Source of the DNA: Bacilli bacterium
GTDB taxonomy: Bacteria; Bacillota_I; Bacilli_A; RFN20; CAG-826
Assembly (NCBI GenBank): GCA_050952725.1
Contig: JBMNLN010000001.1
Location: forward strand, 482,487 to 546,486
Direction: 5' to 3'
DNA: 64,000 bases
Positions 46,102 to 55,833 of the stretch are shown one piece after another; the stretch's first letter is position 1; the number at the start of each line of letters is the position of its first letter. A model generated the notes under the pieces. That model searched no databases. It saw only the letters and a program-made list of their open reading frames with translations, and was not told where the DNA came from. The position numbers were made by a program, and so were the translations under genes.

Positions 46102-48237
46102 ATGGAAATGAAATTTCACGGTTTAGAATTTAAGCTCGATGATGACAAAATTTTCTTAACTAATTTGATGGATTTTGCCCGTCAAAAAGAGGGCGAAAAT
46201 TACCCGCTTTTTAAATTTATTGAGTGTCAAATCGCCGGTGAAAATCATCCCGTTCACTGCGGTGCAAAGCGATTGAACTGCAGTGAATCCAATCGTTTAT
46301 TTTATGCGTCTTATAGCGTTAAGGAAAACAAATTAGAAATTATCACTAAGTCGCCAAAGAACATTACCATCATCTCGAACTTCCAAGCTTTTGATGATTG
46401 TAAAGTCATCCGCACATGGAATTCGATTAGTAATGATTCTCGAGAAAACGAACTGATTATTGAAAATCTCTCCTCATTAAGATTTGCCGGTTTTGGGGAA
46501 AATGGCACGGAGAGTCTCGAAGATATTGATGTATATGTTTTTCGAAACAGTTGGCATGTCGAGTGCCAAGTAGAAAAGGTTAATCTCAAGGACTCCTGCT
46601 TTTATAATGGCAATGACCAAAGCATGAAGAGATTTCTTATCTCGAATACTGGTTCGTGGTCAACGAAAGAATATCTCCCTCAGTGCATCATCGAAGATAA
46701 AAAAAATCATAAATTCCTATTTTTACAAATTGAATCCTCTTCATCGTGGAGTTTGGAAATTGGCGATGAACATAAACTTTTATATCTCCATGCTGGGGGC
46801 GCAAATATGACCGACCATCAGGCCGCGGTGAAACTAGATAACGCGCCTTCTTCTCCTTATTTAACTAAAGCGGTGGCCTTCGTAGTTGGTGATTCGCTCA
46901 ATGAGGTCCTGCAAGAGATGACGAAATATCGACGGCACATTGTTAAGCGTTCTTTAAAGGATAGGGATTTGCCGGTGATATTTAACGAATATATGCATCT
47001 TTCTTGGGATAGCCCCCAGCAGGAAAGAACCGAAATGATCGCTGAACAATTACAAGATTTTGGTATCAAATATTATGTCATTGATTGTGGTTGGCATGAT
47101 GAATGTGAACCGCGAGAACTTTATGCAAAATGTGGCGAATGGGTCGAATCGAACCTCCGTTTTCCCAAAGGGATTAAAGCTACCTCGACGAAACTCAAAA
47201 CCTTGGGAATGAAAACGGGATTATGGATGGAACCAGAGATCATCGGGATTAATAATCCGAAAATGCGGGAATATTATGGCGATCGCGCTTTCTTTAAGCG
47301 CAATGGTAAGAACGTTATCAACGCTAGTCGCTTATTTTTGGATTTTCGTCACCCGAAAGTGATTTCCTTTTTAAATAATGCGGTTGATCGCATGATTAAT
47401 GCGTATGGAGCGACTTATCTTAAACTCGATTACAATCAAGATACGGGCTGCGGTACTGAAACCGACGCGATTAATCTCGGCGATGGTCTTCTTCAGTCAA
47501 CGGCAGCCTACCAAGCCTGGATTAAATCTTTAAATGAGAAATATCCTCATGTTATTTTTGAAACCTGCGCTTCGGGTGGTTGTCGTATGGATTATGAAAC
47601 CTTGCAATCATTCTCATTGACTTCAACCTCTGATCAAACGAACTTTATGAAATATCCTTACATTGTTTCGAATATTCTCTCCGCGGTTCTTCCTGAACAA
47701 GCAGGGGTCTGGTCATATCCTGTCGACTCGTTAACCAAAATTGATCATGAATATAATTATCACACTCATGGTTTAGATGCGGAGGGGATTAAAGACTACA
47801 TCGAAAACCAAATTAGCAAAGAGCAAATCGCGATGAATATGATCAATACTTTTTTAGGTCGCATGCATTTGGCGAGTCCAATCTTTTTGTTAAGTCCAGA
47901 AAAACAAGAATTAATCAAAGAAGGAATTCGCTATTATAACTCGTTAACCCCTTTTAAAAAGGTCGGCGTTCCTTATCTCCCCTTTGGTTTCTCGCATTTT
48001 GGTGATCCTCATGTCGCCTCGGGTTTTATCGCTAAAAAGACTTTATATCTAGCGGTATGGAATTTAAATGGGAATAAAGAGGTGGTTATTCCCATTAAAG
48101 AATACAAACTTAAAAATATCAGCTTAAAATATCCGACATATTCTAAAGCAAATGTTACAATGAGTAACAACGAAGTAAAGGTCAAATTCATGAATTCTCT
48201 TGATTCTTGCTTCTTGGAAATTGGTTTAGAAGATTGA
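46102..48237 (+). CDS. GH36 alpha-galactosidase-family glycosidase
   Basis: PVIFNEY, YVIDCGW, RFPKG, GLWMEPE, YLKLDYN nucleophile, ETCASGG.R.D, STSD acid/base. Confidence 0.92.
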   Translation: MEMKFHGLEFKLDDDKIFLTNLMDFARQKEGENYPLFKFIECQIAGENHPVHCGAKRLNCSESNRLFYASYSVKENKLEIITKSPKNITIISNFQAFDDCKVIRTWNSISNDSRENELIIENLSSLRFAGFGENGTESLEDIDVYVFRNSWHVECQVEKVNLKDSCFYNGNDQSMKRFLISNTGSWSTKEYLPQCIIEDKKNHKFLFLQIESSSSWSLEIGDEHKLLYLHAGGANMTDHQAAVKLDNAPSSPYLTKAVAFVVGDSLNEVLQEMTKYRRHIVKRSLKDRDLPVIFNEYMHLSWDSPQQERTEMIAEQLQDFGIKYYVIDCGWHDECEPRELYAKCGEWVESNLRFPKGIKATSTKLKTLGMKTGLWMEPEIIGINNPKMREYYGDRAFFKRNGKNVINASRLFLDFRHPKVISFLNNAVDRMINAYGATYLKLDYNQDTGCGTETDAINLGDGLLQSTAAYQAWIKSLNEKYPHVIFETCASGGCRMDYETLQSFSLTSTSDQTNFMKYPYIVSNILSAVLPEQAGVWSYPVDSLTKIDHEYNYHTHGLDAEGIKDYIENQISKEQIAMNMINTFLGRMHLASPIFLLSPEKQELIKEGIRYYNSLTPFKKVGVPYLPFGFSHFGDPHVASGFIAKKTLYLAVWNLNGNKEVVIPIKEYKLKNISLKYPTYSKANVTMSNNEVKVKFMNSLDSCFLEIGLED

Positions 48238-49058
48238 TGTTTAAGCAAAAACGCGCAAGTAGAGATTTCAATAAAGCCGATCTCCCTTCCAATCGAAAGG
48301 AAGTCTTTTTTGACCGGTTTAAAAATCAATATGGCGTCTTTTTTAAAACTGGTTTAACCTTGTTTTTATTTTTTATTCCCTTCTTGATTGTGGGATTTTT
48401 AAAAGATTATTCGCTCTGGTATCATGCAAGTAGGGGGGATTTTTCTATTGCGGATTATAACCAGATGCAGATTCTCTATGCGCTGATTAAAATTCCCGTC
48501 TATATCATAATCGCGCTTGGTTGCGCTGGTTCTTTTCGCGTGATGAAAAATTTAGCTTGGGAGATTCCGGTCTTTTTTAAAGAGGATTTTTTGGAAGGAA
48601 TTAAAAAAAACGCGAAATCGTTTATTGTGGTATTTGTCAGTTTTAGTGTAATTAGCGTTTTGTGTGAATTAACTCTCACTGCGAGCAATATCCCTGAACT
48701 GGTTCGCTATCTCCCTTCTGGCATCTTAGTGGGGCTAGTCCTACCCATGGCCCTTACCTCATTAAACATCTTCAATTTATATAACGCGACCTTTCTTGAA
48801 GCATGTAAATTATCGTTACGGTTCTTTTTTGGTAAAACTTTTAAATCGATTCTCGCGCTTTTAGGTGTTTGCGCGCCTTTCTTAATCCTTTTAATTAATA
48901 ATTTTGTCATTAAATATATTCTATTTATCCCCGTGGTCATTTTCATACTCCCCTGTTCGATTTTGACGTGGTTTTTATATTGTTGTTATCTCTTTGATTA
49001 TTTTATGAATAAAAATACTTATCCAGAAATCTATGATAAAGGAGTTTATCGAAAATAG
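48237..49058 (+). CDS. YesL/DUF624-like multi-pass membrane protein
   Basis: ATG overlaps the GH36 stop (TGATG); paralogue of 3928..4815. Confidence 0.65.
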   Translation: MFKQKRASRDFNKADLPSNRKEVFFDRFKNQYGVFFKTGLTLFLFFIPFLIVGFLKDYSLWYHASRGDFSIADYNQMQILYALIKIPVYIIIALGCAGSFRVMKNLAWEIPVFFKEDFLEGIKKNAKSFIVVFVSFSVISVLCELTLTASNIPELVRYLPSGILVGLVLPMALTSLNIFNLYNATFLEACKLSLRFFFGKTFKSILALLGVCAPFLILLINNFVIKYILFIPVVIFILPCSILTWFLYCCYLFDYFMNKNTYPEIYDKGVYRK

Positions 49059-49065
49059 ATTAACC

Positions 49066-49791
49066 ATGCCGAAGATTGAATGTAAGAACATCACAGTTAC
49101 CTATCGAAATAAAAAAACCAAGGAAATGGTTCAAGCCCTTAATAATTTAAGTGTGACTTTTGCTAGTGAAAAATTCTCTTTAATCCTCGGGGCCTCGGGC
49201 TGTGGCAAAACAACGCTTTTAAGAGTCATCGCTGGACTTGAAAAATATGAAGGTGAAGTTTTATATAATGATTTCGATGCGAAAATGATTGAGATTCAAA
49301 ATAAAAACCTTGCATATGTCCCCCAGAATTATGTTCTTTATCCGCATATGACCATCTTTGATAATATCGCTTATCCGCTCAAAATCACGAACACCCCGCG
49401 CGATGAAATCATCAAGAGAGTTAATGAAATCGCCGCTCAATTTGACTTGACGCATTGTTTATTTCGAAGACCTAAACAACTTTCGGGAGGCCAACAGCAA
49501 AGGGTCGCTATCGCCCGTGCCTTGATAAAAAAACCACAAATATGCCTTTTTGATGAACCGTTTGCAAATCTCGATCAAGAAACGCGTATACAAGAGAGGC
49601 GCTATGTGAAAAAGGTCTTATCGAGCATGATGAGTACAGTGATCTTTGTAACCCATAATATCGAAGATGCATATTCATTAGCAGACACGATTTATGTGAT
49701 GGAACAAGGGAAAATTATCGCTATCGGCTCTCCGCGAGAAATATATCATTGCCATGATCAAAGAGTGCAAGATATAGTGAGAATAGATTGA
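49066..49791 (+). CDS. Short ABC transporter ATP-binding protein
   Basis: GASGCGKTT, LSGGQQQR, LFDEPF, VTHN; paralogue of 5857..6579. Confidence 0.9.
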   Translation: MPKIECKNITVTYRNKKTKEMVQALNNLSVTFASEKFSLILGASGCGKTTLLRVIAGLEKYEGEVLYNDFDAKMIEIQNKNLAYVPQNYVLYPHMTIFDNIAYPLKITNTPRDEIIKRVNEIAAQFDLTHCLFRRPKQLSGGQQQRVAIARALIKKPQICLFDEPFANLDQETRIQERRYVKKVLSSMMSTVIFVTHNIEDAYSLADTIYVMEQGKIIAIGSPREIYHCHDQRVQDIVRID

Positions 49792-50273
49792 TGAATTACT
49801 ATCGACAAGAAGATTTTGTCCTCATTGAAAAAAAAGTCAAAAATGGGGTGATTATCAATATCATCCTTGGAGTTTTGATTATCGGCTTATTTGTTTTATT
49901 TTGTTTACTTGCAACTTATGAACTCCATTTGGTCTATCAAATATTAAGCGCTTCTTTGTTTTCATTGTTTGCTATTTTTCAAATATACATCATCGATACC
50001 TTATATCTTGATGGTTACCAACTAAAGAAACATTATCTGGTGATGTTTTTAAGTACTGCGGAAACATATCAGGGGCACGTGAATAAAATTGGCGAAATTA
50101 TCACCGTTTCCAATCGTATTAGCGCTCGAGAAATCGAGGTCACAATTAACGATAAAATCATTAATGTCTATCTTTTAAAAGGCTTTGAACCAGCTTTTAA
50201 AAAAAATGATACTTTACATCTTGATTTAAAAAATCGCTTTATCTTTGCTAGCCGGAGGGAAAACGATGAATAA
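49788..50273 (+). CDS. Small 2-TM membrane protein of unknown function
   Basis: Paralogue of 5385..5864; overlapping start/stop codons. Confidence 0.75.
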   Translation: MMNYYRQEDFVLIEKKVKNGVIINIILGVLIIGLFVLFCLLATYELHLVYQILSASLFSLFAIFQIYIIDTLYLDGYQLKKHYLVMFLSTAETYQGHVNKIGEIITVSNRISAREIEVTINDKIINVYLLKGFEPAFKKNDTLHLDLKNRFIFASRRENDE

Positions 50274-50832
50274 ATTATTAGCTAGTTTTAAACGTCACTG
50301 GTTCATCTATATTATTAGCGTCTTTCTCGCGATTACCTTGCCGATTTGGATTATTTCTTTAGTTATTGAACCAAAAACTCATGAAAAATATGGCTTGATG
50401 ATTGATGGATATGATATTTCGTTGACTAAGGAAGACCTCTTTTTTTCTACGAACATCAGAAAAGTATCAATTAAAAACGTTAACCCGACTGATTTAGGGA
50501 TCTTTATCGCTGCCCAAAAAGAAGCGAAAGATTATGATACCCTAATTATTCGCAAGGAAACTTTTAATCATCATGATTATACCTACGCTTTAATTTCCTT
50601 GGATGAAGAAACCCTCAACACCCTAATTCCTCACCATTCCCCGGAATATGTCATTAAAGATGGTTTGAAATATGGCTTTAACGTTACAGACCACGTGGCG
50701 AAATTTGCTAAAAATGAATTGAATGATCAATATTATCTATGTTTTTTCAAAAACAGCATCCATTCCGGTTTATTAAATCATCAAAATTATAGTGAATCCC
50801 TTTACTTCGCTAATTGGTTAATTAGCCAATAA
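50266..50832 (+). CDS. Membrane-anchored extracellular protein of unknown function
   Basis: GGAGG RBS before ATG 50266; single N-terminal TM; paralogue of 4802..5401. Confidence 0.72.
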   Translation: MNKLLASFKRHWFIYIISVFLAITLPIWIISLVIEPKTHEKYGLMIDGYDISLTKEDLFFSTNIRKVSIKNVNPTDLGIFIAAQKEAKDYDTLIIRKETFNHHDYTYALISLDEETLNTLIPHHSPEYVIKDGLKYGFNVTDHVAKFAKNELNDQYYLCFFKNSIHSGLLNHQNYSESLYFANWLISQ

Positions 50833-50874
50833 AAACACCCTTTTTTTGAGTAAATTACTTCTTAGTAATATTGT

Positions 50875-52446
50875 TTAAATTCGTTGCTCGGTTTCTTTAT
50901 CAAAGAAATACACATATGTCATATCTAAACAAAATTCAATCTCATCTCCTGCTTTAATCGTTTGACTAGCGTCGGATTTAAAAGCCACTCTTTGACCGTT
51001 AATATAGGTTGTGATAATCAAATCCTTACCTAATAATTCCACCGAATCAGCCACCGCGGAAATCGCGTTACTTGGTTGAGTATTATTTTTATCATCTTTT
51101 AAATAGGTGTACTCGGGTCTAATGCCTAAAGTTAATTCTTTTCCTTCATAGTCTTTTAATAATTTAACGATTTCTTTTGCGGGTTTTATTTCGATTTCTT
51201 CCTGCTTATTTAGAGCTTTAAATAAAGTGGCATCTTGTTGTTCTTCGATATTATTGACGGAAATAACTCCTTTTTTAAAGGTCACATCTAAGAAGTTCAT
51301 CGCTGGTGAACCGATAAAACCCGCGACAAATTTATTAGCAGGATTTGCATAGACCTCCGCGGGGGTGCCTATTTGCTGAATCCAACCATCTTTCATGATG
51401 ACAATCCGATCAGCCATAGTCATCGCTTCGGTTTGATCATGAGTCACATAAATCGTGGTCGCGCCAATGTTCTTATGAATTTTGGTGATTTCCCCCCGGG
51501 TTTGCACTCTTAATTTGGCGTCTAAGTTTGATAAAGGCTCATCCATTAGGAAAACTTTGGGTTTTCGAACAATTGTTCTCCCTAACGCCACCCGTTGTCT
51601 TTGCCCCCCTGATAATTCACTCGGCTTCCGATATAAGTATCTAGTTAAATCAATTGATAAAGCGGCTTTATTGATTTCGACATCGATTTCTTCTTTGGTT
51701 AATTTTCTTGGCAGCGTTAAATGAACTTCATGATTTTCTAAATAATCAATTCTCCTTTGATAAGAAATGATTTCGGCATTTCTTTGGGCAAGCCCGGCTT
51801 TAAGCGATTCCACCGTGGCTTCTGGAAGTTTCTTCTTTTTTAAAATCGCCTCGATGTATTTAACATCTTTGCTTAGTTCACTAACTTTTTTTCGATATAA
51901 CTTTAAATGGTATTCGTCTTTGCCGATGATTGGTTTTCTTAGTTCATCAATTTGCTCGAGATTTGCAAATAATCGCTTGTAAAGTTCAGCTCTTTGCTCT
52001 AATAAAACAAAATCATTTTGCTTTTTTTTGAAGCGGCGATTAATCTTTGCTAATTGAAATTTAATCTCATGATTTTCTCCTCTAATCGCGAGAATTTCTG
52101 GTCCCTCGGGTTCATAAAGCGGCATTTCAAATTTAGCAATGCGAATTCCAAACGCCATGTTGTCATAGACAGTCATATGGGGATATAAGGCGTAGTTTTG
52201 GAAAACCATGGCAATATTTCGGTCTTTGGGGGCGACATCGTTGACGAGCATGTTGTCAATATATAATTCGCCCGAAGTAATTTCTTCAAGACCGGCGACC
52301 ATCCGTAAAGTCGTTGATTTGCCACATCCCGAAGGTCCGACAAAAACGATGAATTCTTTGTCTTTAATTTCAAGATTAAAATCAAAAACGGCTTGAACTT
52401 TATTAGGATAAATCTTATTTAATCCTTTAAATGATAATGTAGACAT
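50875..52446 (-). CDS. MsmX/MalK-type sugar ABC ATPase with large charged insertion
   Basis: All ABC motifs plus TOBE; same insertion site as 2376..3947; likely start ATG 52446 after AAAGGGG. Confidence 0.92.
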   Translation of the reverse strand: MSTLSFKGLNKIYPNKVQAVFDFNLEIKDKEFIVFVGPSGCGKSTTLRMVAGLEEITSGELYIDNMLVNDVAPKDRNIAMVFQNYALYPHMTVYDNMAFGIRIAKFEMPLYEPEGPEILAIRGENHEIKFQLAKINRRFKKKQNDFVLLEQRAELYKRLFANLEQIDELRKPIIGKDEYHLKLYRKKVSELSKDVKYIEAILKKKKLPEATVESLKAGLAQRNAEIISYQRRIDYLENHEVHLTLPRKLTKEEIDVEINKAALSIDLTRYLYRKPSELSGGQRQRVALGRTIVRKPKVFLMDEPLSNLDAKLRVQTRGEITKIHKNIGATTIYVTHDQTEAMTMADRIVIMKDGWIQQIGTPAEVYANPANKFVAGFIGSPAMNFLDVTFKKGVISVNNIEEQQDATLFKALNKQEEIEIKPAKEIVKLLKDYEGKELTLGIRPEYTYLKDDKNNTQPSNAISAVADSVELLGKDLIITTYINGQRVAFKSDASQTIKAGDEIEFCLDMTYVYFFDKETEQRI

Positions 52447-52752
52447 GGGCTTCCCCTTTACATGGTTGTTAATTACATTATATATATATTGCTGCAAAAT
52501 ACATGCTTAACTGATTCCGTTTCGATAATTTGTGTTTAATTTTTATCCTTATCGGTAACAAAAATCACACAAATTGAATATAATTAACCATTTCTATAAT
52601 TAGTATCCTCTCGAGTTTTCTCTAATACCGTTTTATATTTGTAGGTATCAAACAAAAGATAGTCTAAATTTTTAGGAAATAGTTAGAAAAAGAGACGATC
52701 ATTTTTTGTGGGCAAAAACACTTGAAAAGTTTTATACAATTTGGGCGATAGT

Positions 52753-53619
52753 TCATGAATGCAAAAAGCGGTTGGCTCGATCGACTTCGTCATCGGAAGG
52801 AATCCATTCAGGACGACCATTGTCAGGACGACCAATGAAAGTCGCCTTTGTCCCAGCGTAAGCATGGTAAGGAAAAAAGGAGGCGCTGACACAATTTTGA
52901 AGTGCGTCTTTCAGTTTGGCAAAAGCCCGGTAATGGTTCTCGTCAGTATTGATGCCGTTTATAAGAATTCCTCGGAGGATGGTTTTCCCCCCGAGACGAT
53001 CAACGGCAAAGAGGTTTTTATGAATAAGTTCCGTGTCCACGCCGGTATACTCGCGGTGACGGGAGGAATCCGTATCCTTGATATCCCATAAGAAGAGGTC
53101 GGTCACCTCTACGAGCGCAGCAAGCCGGGTAGAATCAAAAACACCGCAGGTCTCGATTACTGTCGAAATACCCGCTTTACGGCAAAGCCGAAAGAGATCA
53201 ATACAAGCATCGATTTGTCGCAGCGGCTCACCGCCAGAGAGCGTGACGCCTCCTTTAGCACCGAAAAATGCCACATCCTTTTTTATTTCAGTAAAAACCT
53301 CATCAACCGTTAAGCTTTTCCCACTAATCTCTAATGCCCCTGTGGGGCAGACAGCAGCGCATCGGCCACAAGCAGGGCAGCCTGTCCGATTAAATAAGTG
53401 CCCACTAGAAAAATTGTGCCGTTGTTCTAGACAGATTTCACAACTCTGGCAACCGACACATTTTTGGGCGTAATAGAGAATCTCCGGCAAAGGGGACTGC
53501 ATTTCGGGGTTATGACACCAAACACAGCGAAGCGGACAACCTTTCAAAAAAACGGTGGTGCGAATACCAGGACCATCATGAGTACAAAAACGCTGAATTT
53601 CTGCAACAAACAATTTCAC
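52753..53619 (-). CDS. Glycyl-radical enzyme activating protein (radical SAM, with ferredoxin insert)
   Basis: HDGPGIRTTVFLKGCPLRCVWCHNPE, two CxxCxxC ferredoxin motifs, GGVTLSGGEP. Confidence 0.95.
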   Translation of the reverse strand: MKLFVAEIQRFCTHDGPGIRTTVFLKGCPLRCVWCHNPEMQSPLPEILYYAQKCVGCQSCEICLEQRHNFSSGHLFNRTGCPACGRCAAVCPTGALEISGKSLTVDEVFTEIKKDVAFFGAKGGVTLSGGEPLRQIDACIDLFRLCRKAGISTVIETCGVFDSTRLAALVEVTDLFLWDIKDTDSSRHREYTGVDTELIHKNLFAVDRLGGKTILRGILINGINTDENHYRAFAKLKDALQNCVSASFFPYHAYAGTKATFIGRPDNGRPEWIPSDDEVDRANRFLHS

Positions 53620-53624
53620 AATGC

Positions 53625-55793
53625 TTATTTCTCCGTTTGTTCAATAATCATCTGCTGCCATTTTTGATCGAGAGTGACAAAGCGTGCATTCCATCCTGAC
53701 ACGCGCACGGAAAGCGTTTGATAATTTTCGGGATGTGCTTGTGCTTCGTGCAATATTTTTGCATCGACAACATCAAGTTGGAGAAAAAAGCCCCCGAGAG
53801 CCACAAAACCTTTAAATAATTGGGAAATAGTTTCAATTCCCTCCTCGCCTCTTACGGCTGAAGGCAAAAGTTTACAATCAAGAGCCGCACCTGTGGTCAT
53901 TTCTGCAAGATTAGCCTTGCAGTATGAACGAATAATAGCAGTTACTCCCTCTTTGTCTGTGCCCGGTGTGGGTGATGAGTTTGCGGCGAGAATATCACCT
54001 TTTTTGGTCCCATGAGAGCAGGCAAGGCGCTGATCACACCATTCAATTTGTCTTCCAAAGGTGCTGATGCCTCCAGGAAGCCTATAGCCGCTACTCTTTT
54101 CCGCTTTCTGGCAAGCAAGAGCAAAATCGTGGACAAGGCGACGGTAAATCGCATCGACTTCGTCGGAATCGTTTCCGTAATAGCAATAGCGATTTTTCGC
54201 GTAAAGACGAAGTGTCTCTGCTCCCTCCCAATTGTTTTTTAAAACCACAAGAAGCTCGGGAAGGGTGATTTTTTGCTCATCAAAGACTAATTTTTTAATT
54301 GAATACAGACTATTGACAGTGTCGGCAAGACCGCCAATATGCGGTGAACGGATGTTATATACCGCCCCGCCTTCAAAGTAGGAAAGACCTCTTGCGATAC
54401 AATCATCTTCGAAAATTGAAATAACGGTGCATGGGAGGTTTGATTTCCATTTTTGTCTTTCGATATCTTCAAAATCCAGTGCTAGTATGCGGGCAATCTC
54501 ATCGACGGCTTTTCCAAGGTCAACGACAAATGTCTCATAAAGTTCTTCAAAGGACGAAAAAGTTACTCCCGTCTCGTAGTTTTTAAGTGTTTGATGTTGA
54601 AGAATCTGCAAGGAATCAAAAGGGTGGTAAGCAAAATTTGTCTTTCCAGGAATCTGTACCTCCCAACACCCGTCATTAGCAAATTTCAAGGCTTCCTCGC
54701 GCGAATATCCAGCGTCGGCCAAGGCTTTTAAAACTAAATCTTCGTTATAGACGGCAATCGCTCCACCACCGTAGCGAACAACCTCACTAATACGTCGCAG
54801 AAGTTTAGCGGGAGTTCGACTGTTCAAGCGAAATGCGGTTGGAAAATCACCGATGTTCAACTCTTCAAGAATATCCAAAACAAGGTAGGTCACATCGTTA
54901 GTGACTTCCTCTTCATTTTCACCGATGCCGGCGAGAACGATATTTTGATAGTGCTGCGCATCGCCAGAACCATAGTCACCACCGCGAATCCACTCACAAC
55001 CCTTGATAAAGAAATGAGCAAGAATCTCCCGTGCTTCATCATAAGTAAGCGTACCATCGGCAAGATCTTTTTTTAGATAACTACCAAGCAAAACATCCAG
55101 TCTACCGATGCCGGGCCAGTTTCCGCACAAGCGCAAAAAGGAAAAGATAAACCAAAGAGACTGTACTGCTTGGTGGAAATTTTGGGGACTGTTCATTGGA
55201 ACATGGCAGAGATTATGGTAATTTTTCGCATATTCTGGATGTTCTTTAAGTGCTTCAAGATAACGACGGTGATAAATAGCAAAAGAATCGAGACAATTAA
55301 GGACGCTCCGGGAAAAAGGTTCTCTGTCGGTACCGCGATATGTTTCAAAAGCATTTTCGGCTTCTTTGCGAATGCCGCGAATGCCGATTTTCAGCACTTT
55401 TTCAAAATTGACAGTCAAGTGACTGACAGAACTTATAAATTTCCCTCCGATATCGGCAGGAACTTGATGAAAGATGGCTTGGCCAAGAGTAGCGGCGCCA
55501 GACAACCGTTCCCCGTCGCAAATACGGATTGGCGCTTGTTCAGCAATGCGCCGAATAGCCAAGTCGTATTGTTCAAGTGGAGTTTTTTTGGTGATACCAG
55601 GAATGTCATTGAGATCGACATAGAGACTTTTCATCGTATCAAGACCGTATTTGTGTCCGAGAGAATCTGCGGCAAATTGGCGCGTACTTTTACTCAATCT
55701 AATTGGGCGTTTGGCAAAAGACGAATAGAATTCCATGATAAATTTTCCTCTTTTAAACAAAGCCAGTCTATCATAATTTTCTATTAATTCCAT
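53625..55793 (-). CDS. Glycyl-radical enzyme (PFL superfamily), substrate unknown
   Basis: Gly loop VRVSGWN; single-Cys loop NDGCWE; GRLD motif; GGAGG RBS before ATG 55793. Confidence 0.9.
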   Translation of the reverse strand: MELIENYDRLALFKRGKFIMEFYSSFAKRPIRLSKSTRQFAADSLGHKYGLDTMKSLYVDLNDIPGITKKTPLEQYDLAIRRIAEQAPIRICDGERLSGAATLGQAIFHQVPADIGGKFISSVSHLTVNFEKVLKIGIRGIRKEAENAFETYRGTDREPFSRSVLNCLDSFAIYHRRYLEALKEHPEYAKNYHNLCHVPMNSPQNFHQAVQSLWFIFSFLRLCGNWPGIGRLDVLLGSYLKKDLADGTLTYDEAREILAHFFIKGCEWIRGGDYGSGDAQHYQNIVLAGIGENEEEVTNDVTYLVLDILEELNIGDFPTAFRLNSRTPAKLLRRISEVVRYGGGAIAVYNEDLVLKALADAGYSREEALKFANDGCWEVQIPGKTNFAYHPFDSLQILQHQTLKNYETGVTFSSFEELYETFVVDLGKAVDEIARILALDFEDIERQKWKSNLPCTVISIFEDDCIARGLSYFEGGAVYNIRSPHIGGLADTVNSLYSIKKLVFDEQKITLPELLVVLKNNWEGAETLRLYAKNRYCYYGNDSDEVDAIYRRLVHDFALACQKAEKSSGYRLPGGISTFGRQIEWCDQRLACSHGTKKGDILAANSSPTPGTDKEGVTAIIRSYCKANLAEMTTGAALDCKLLPSAVRGEEGIETISQLFKGFVALGGFFLQLDVVDAKILHEAQAHPENYQTLSVRVSGWNARFVTLDQKWQQMIIEQTEK

Positions 55794-55833
55794 TGATATT
55801 CCTCCATAAATATAGGACAATCCTATTGAAGGG

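Noticed and set aside
55170-55787. 205-aa plus-strand ORF
   Set aside because: Antisense shadow of the GRE gene with no RBS or recognisable motif; the same applies to the many short antisense or nested ORFs in the track.
53625-55793. Calling the GRE pflB, cutC or hypD
   Set aside because: It lacks the PFL Cys-Cys pair, and the GCWE loop and gene context do not support those assignments.
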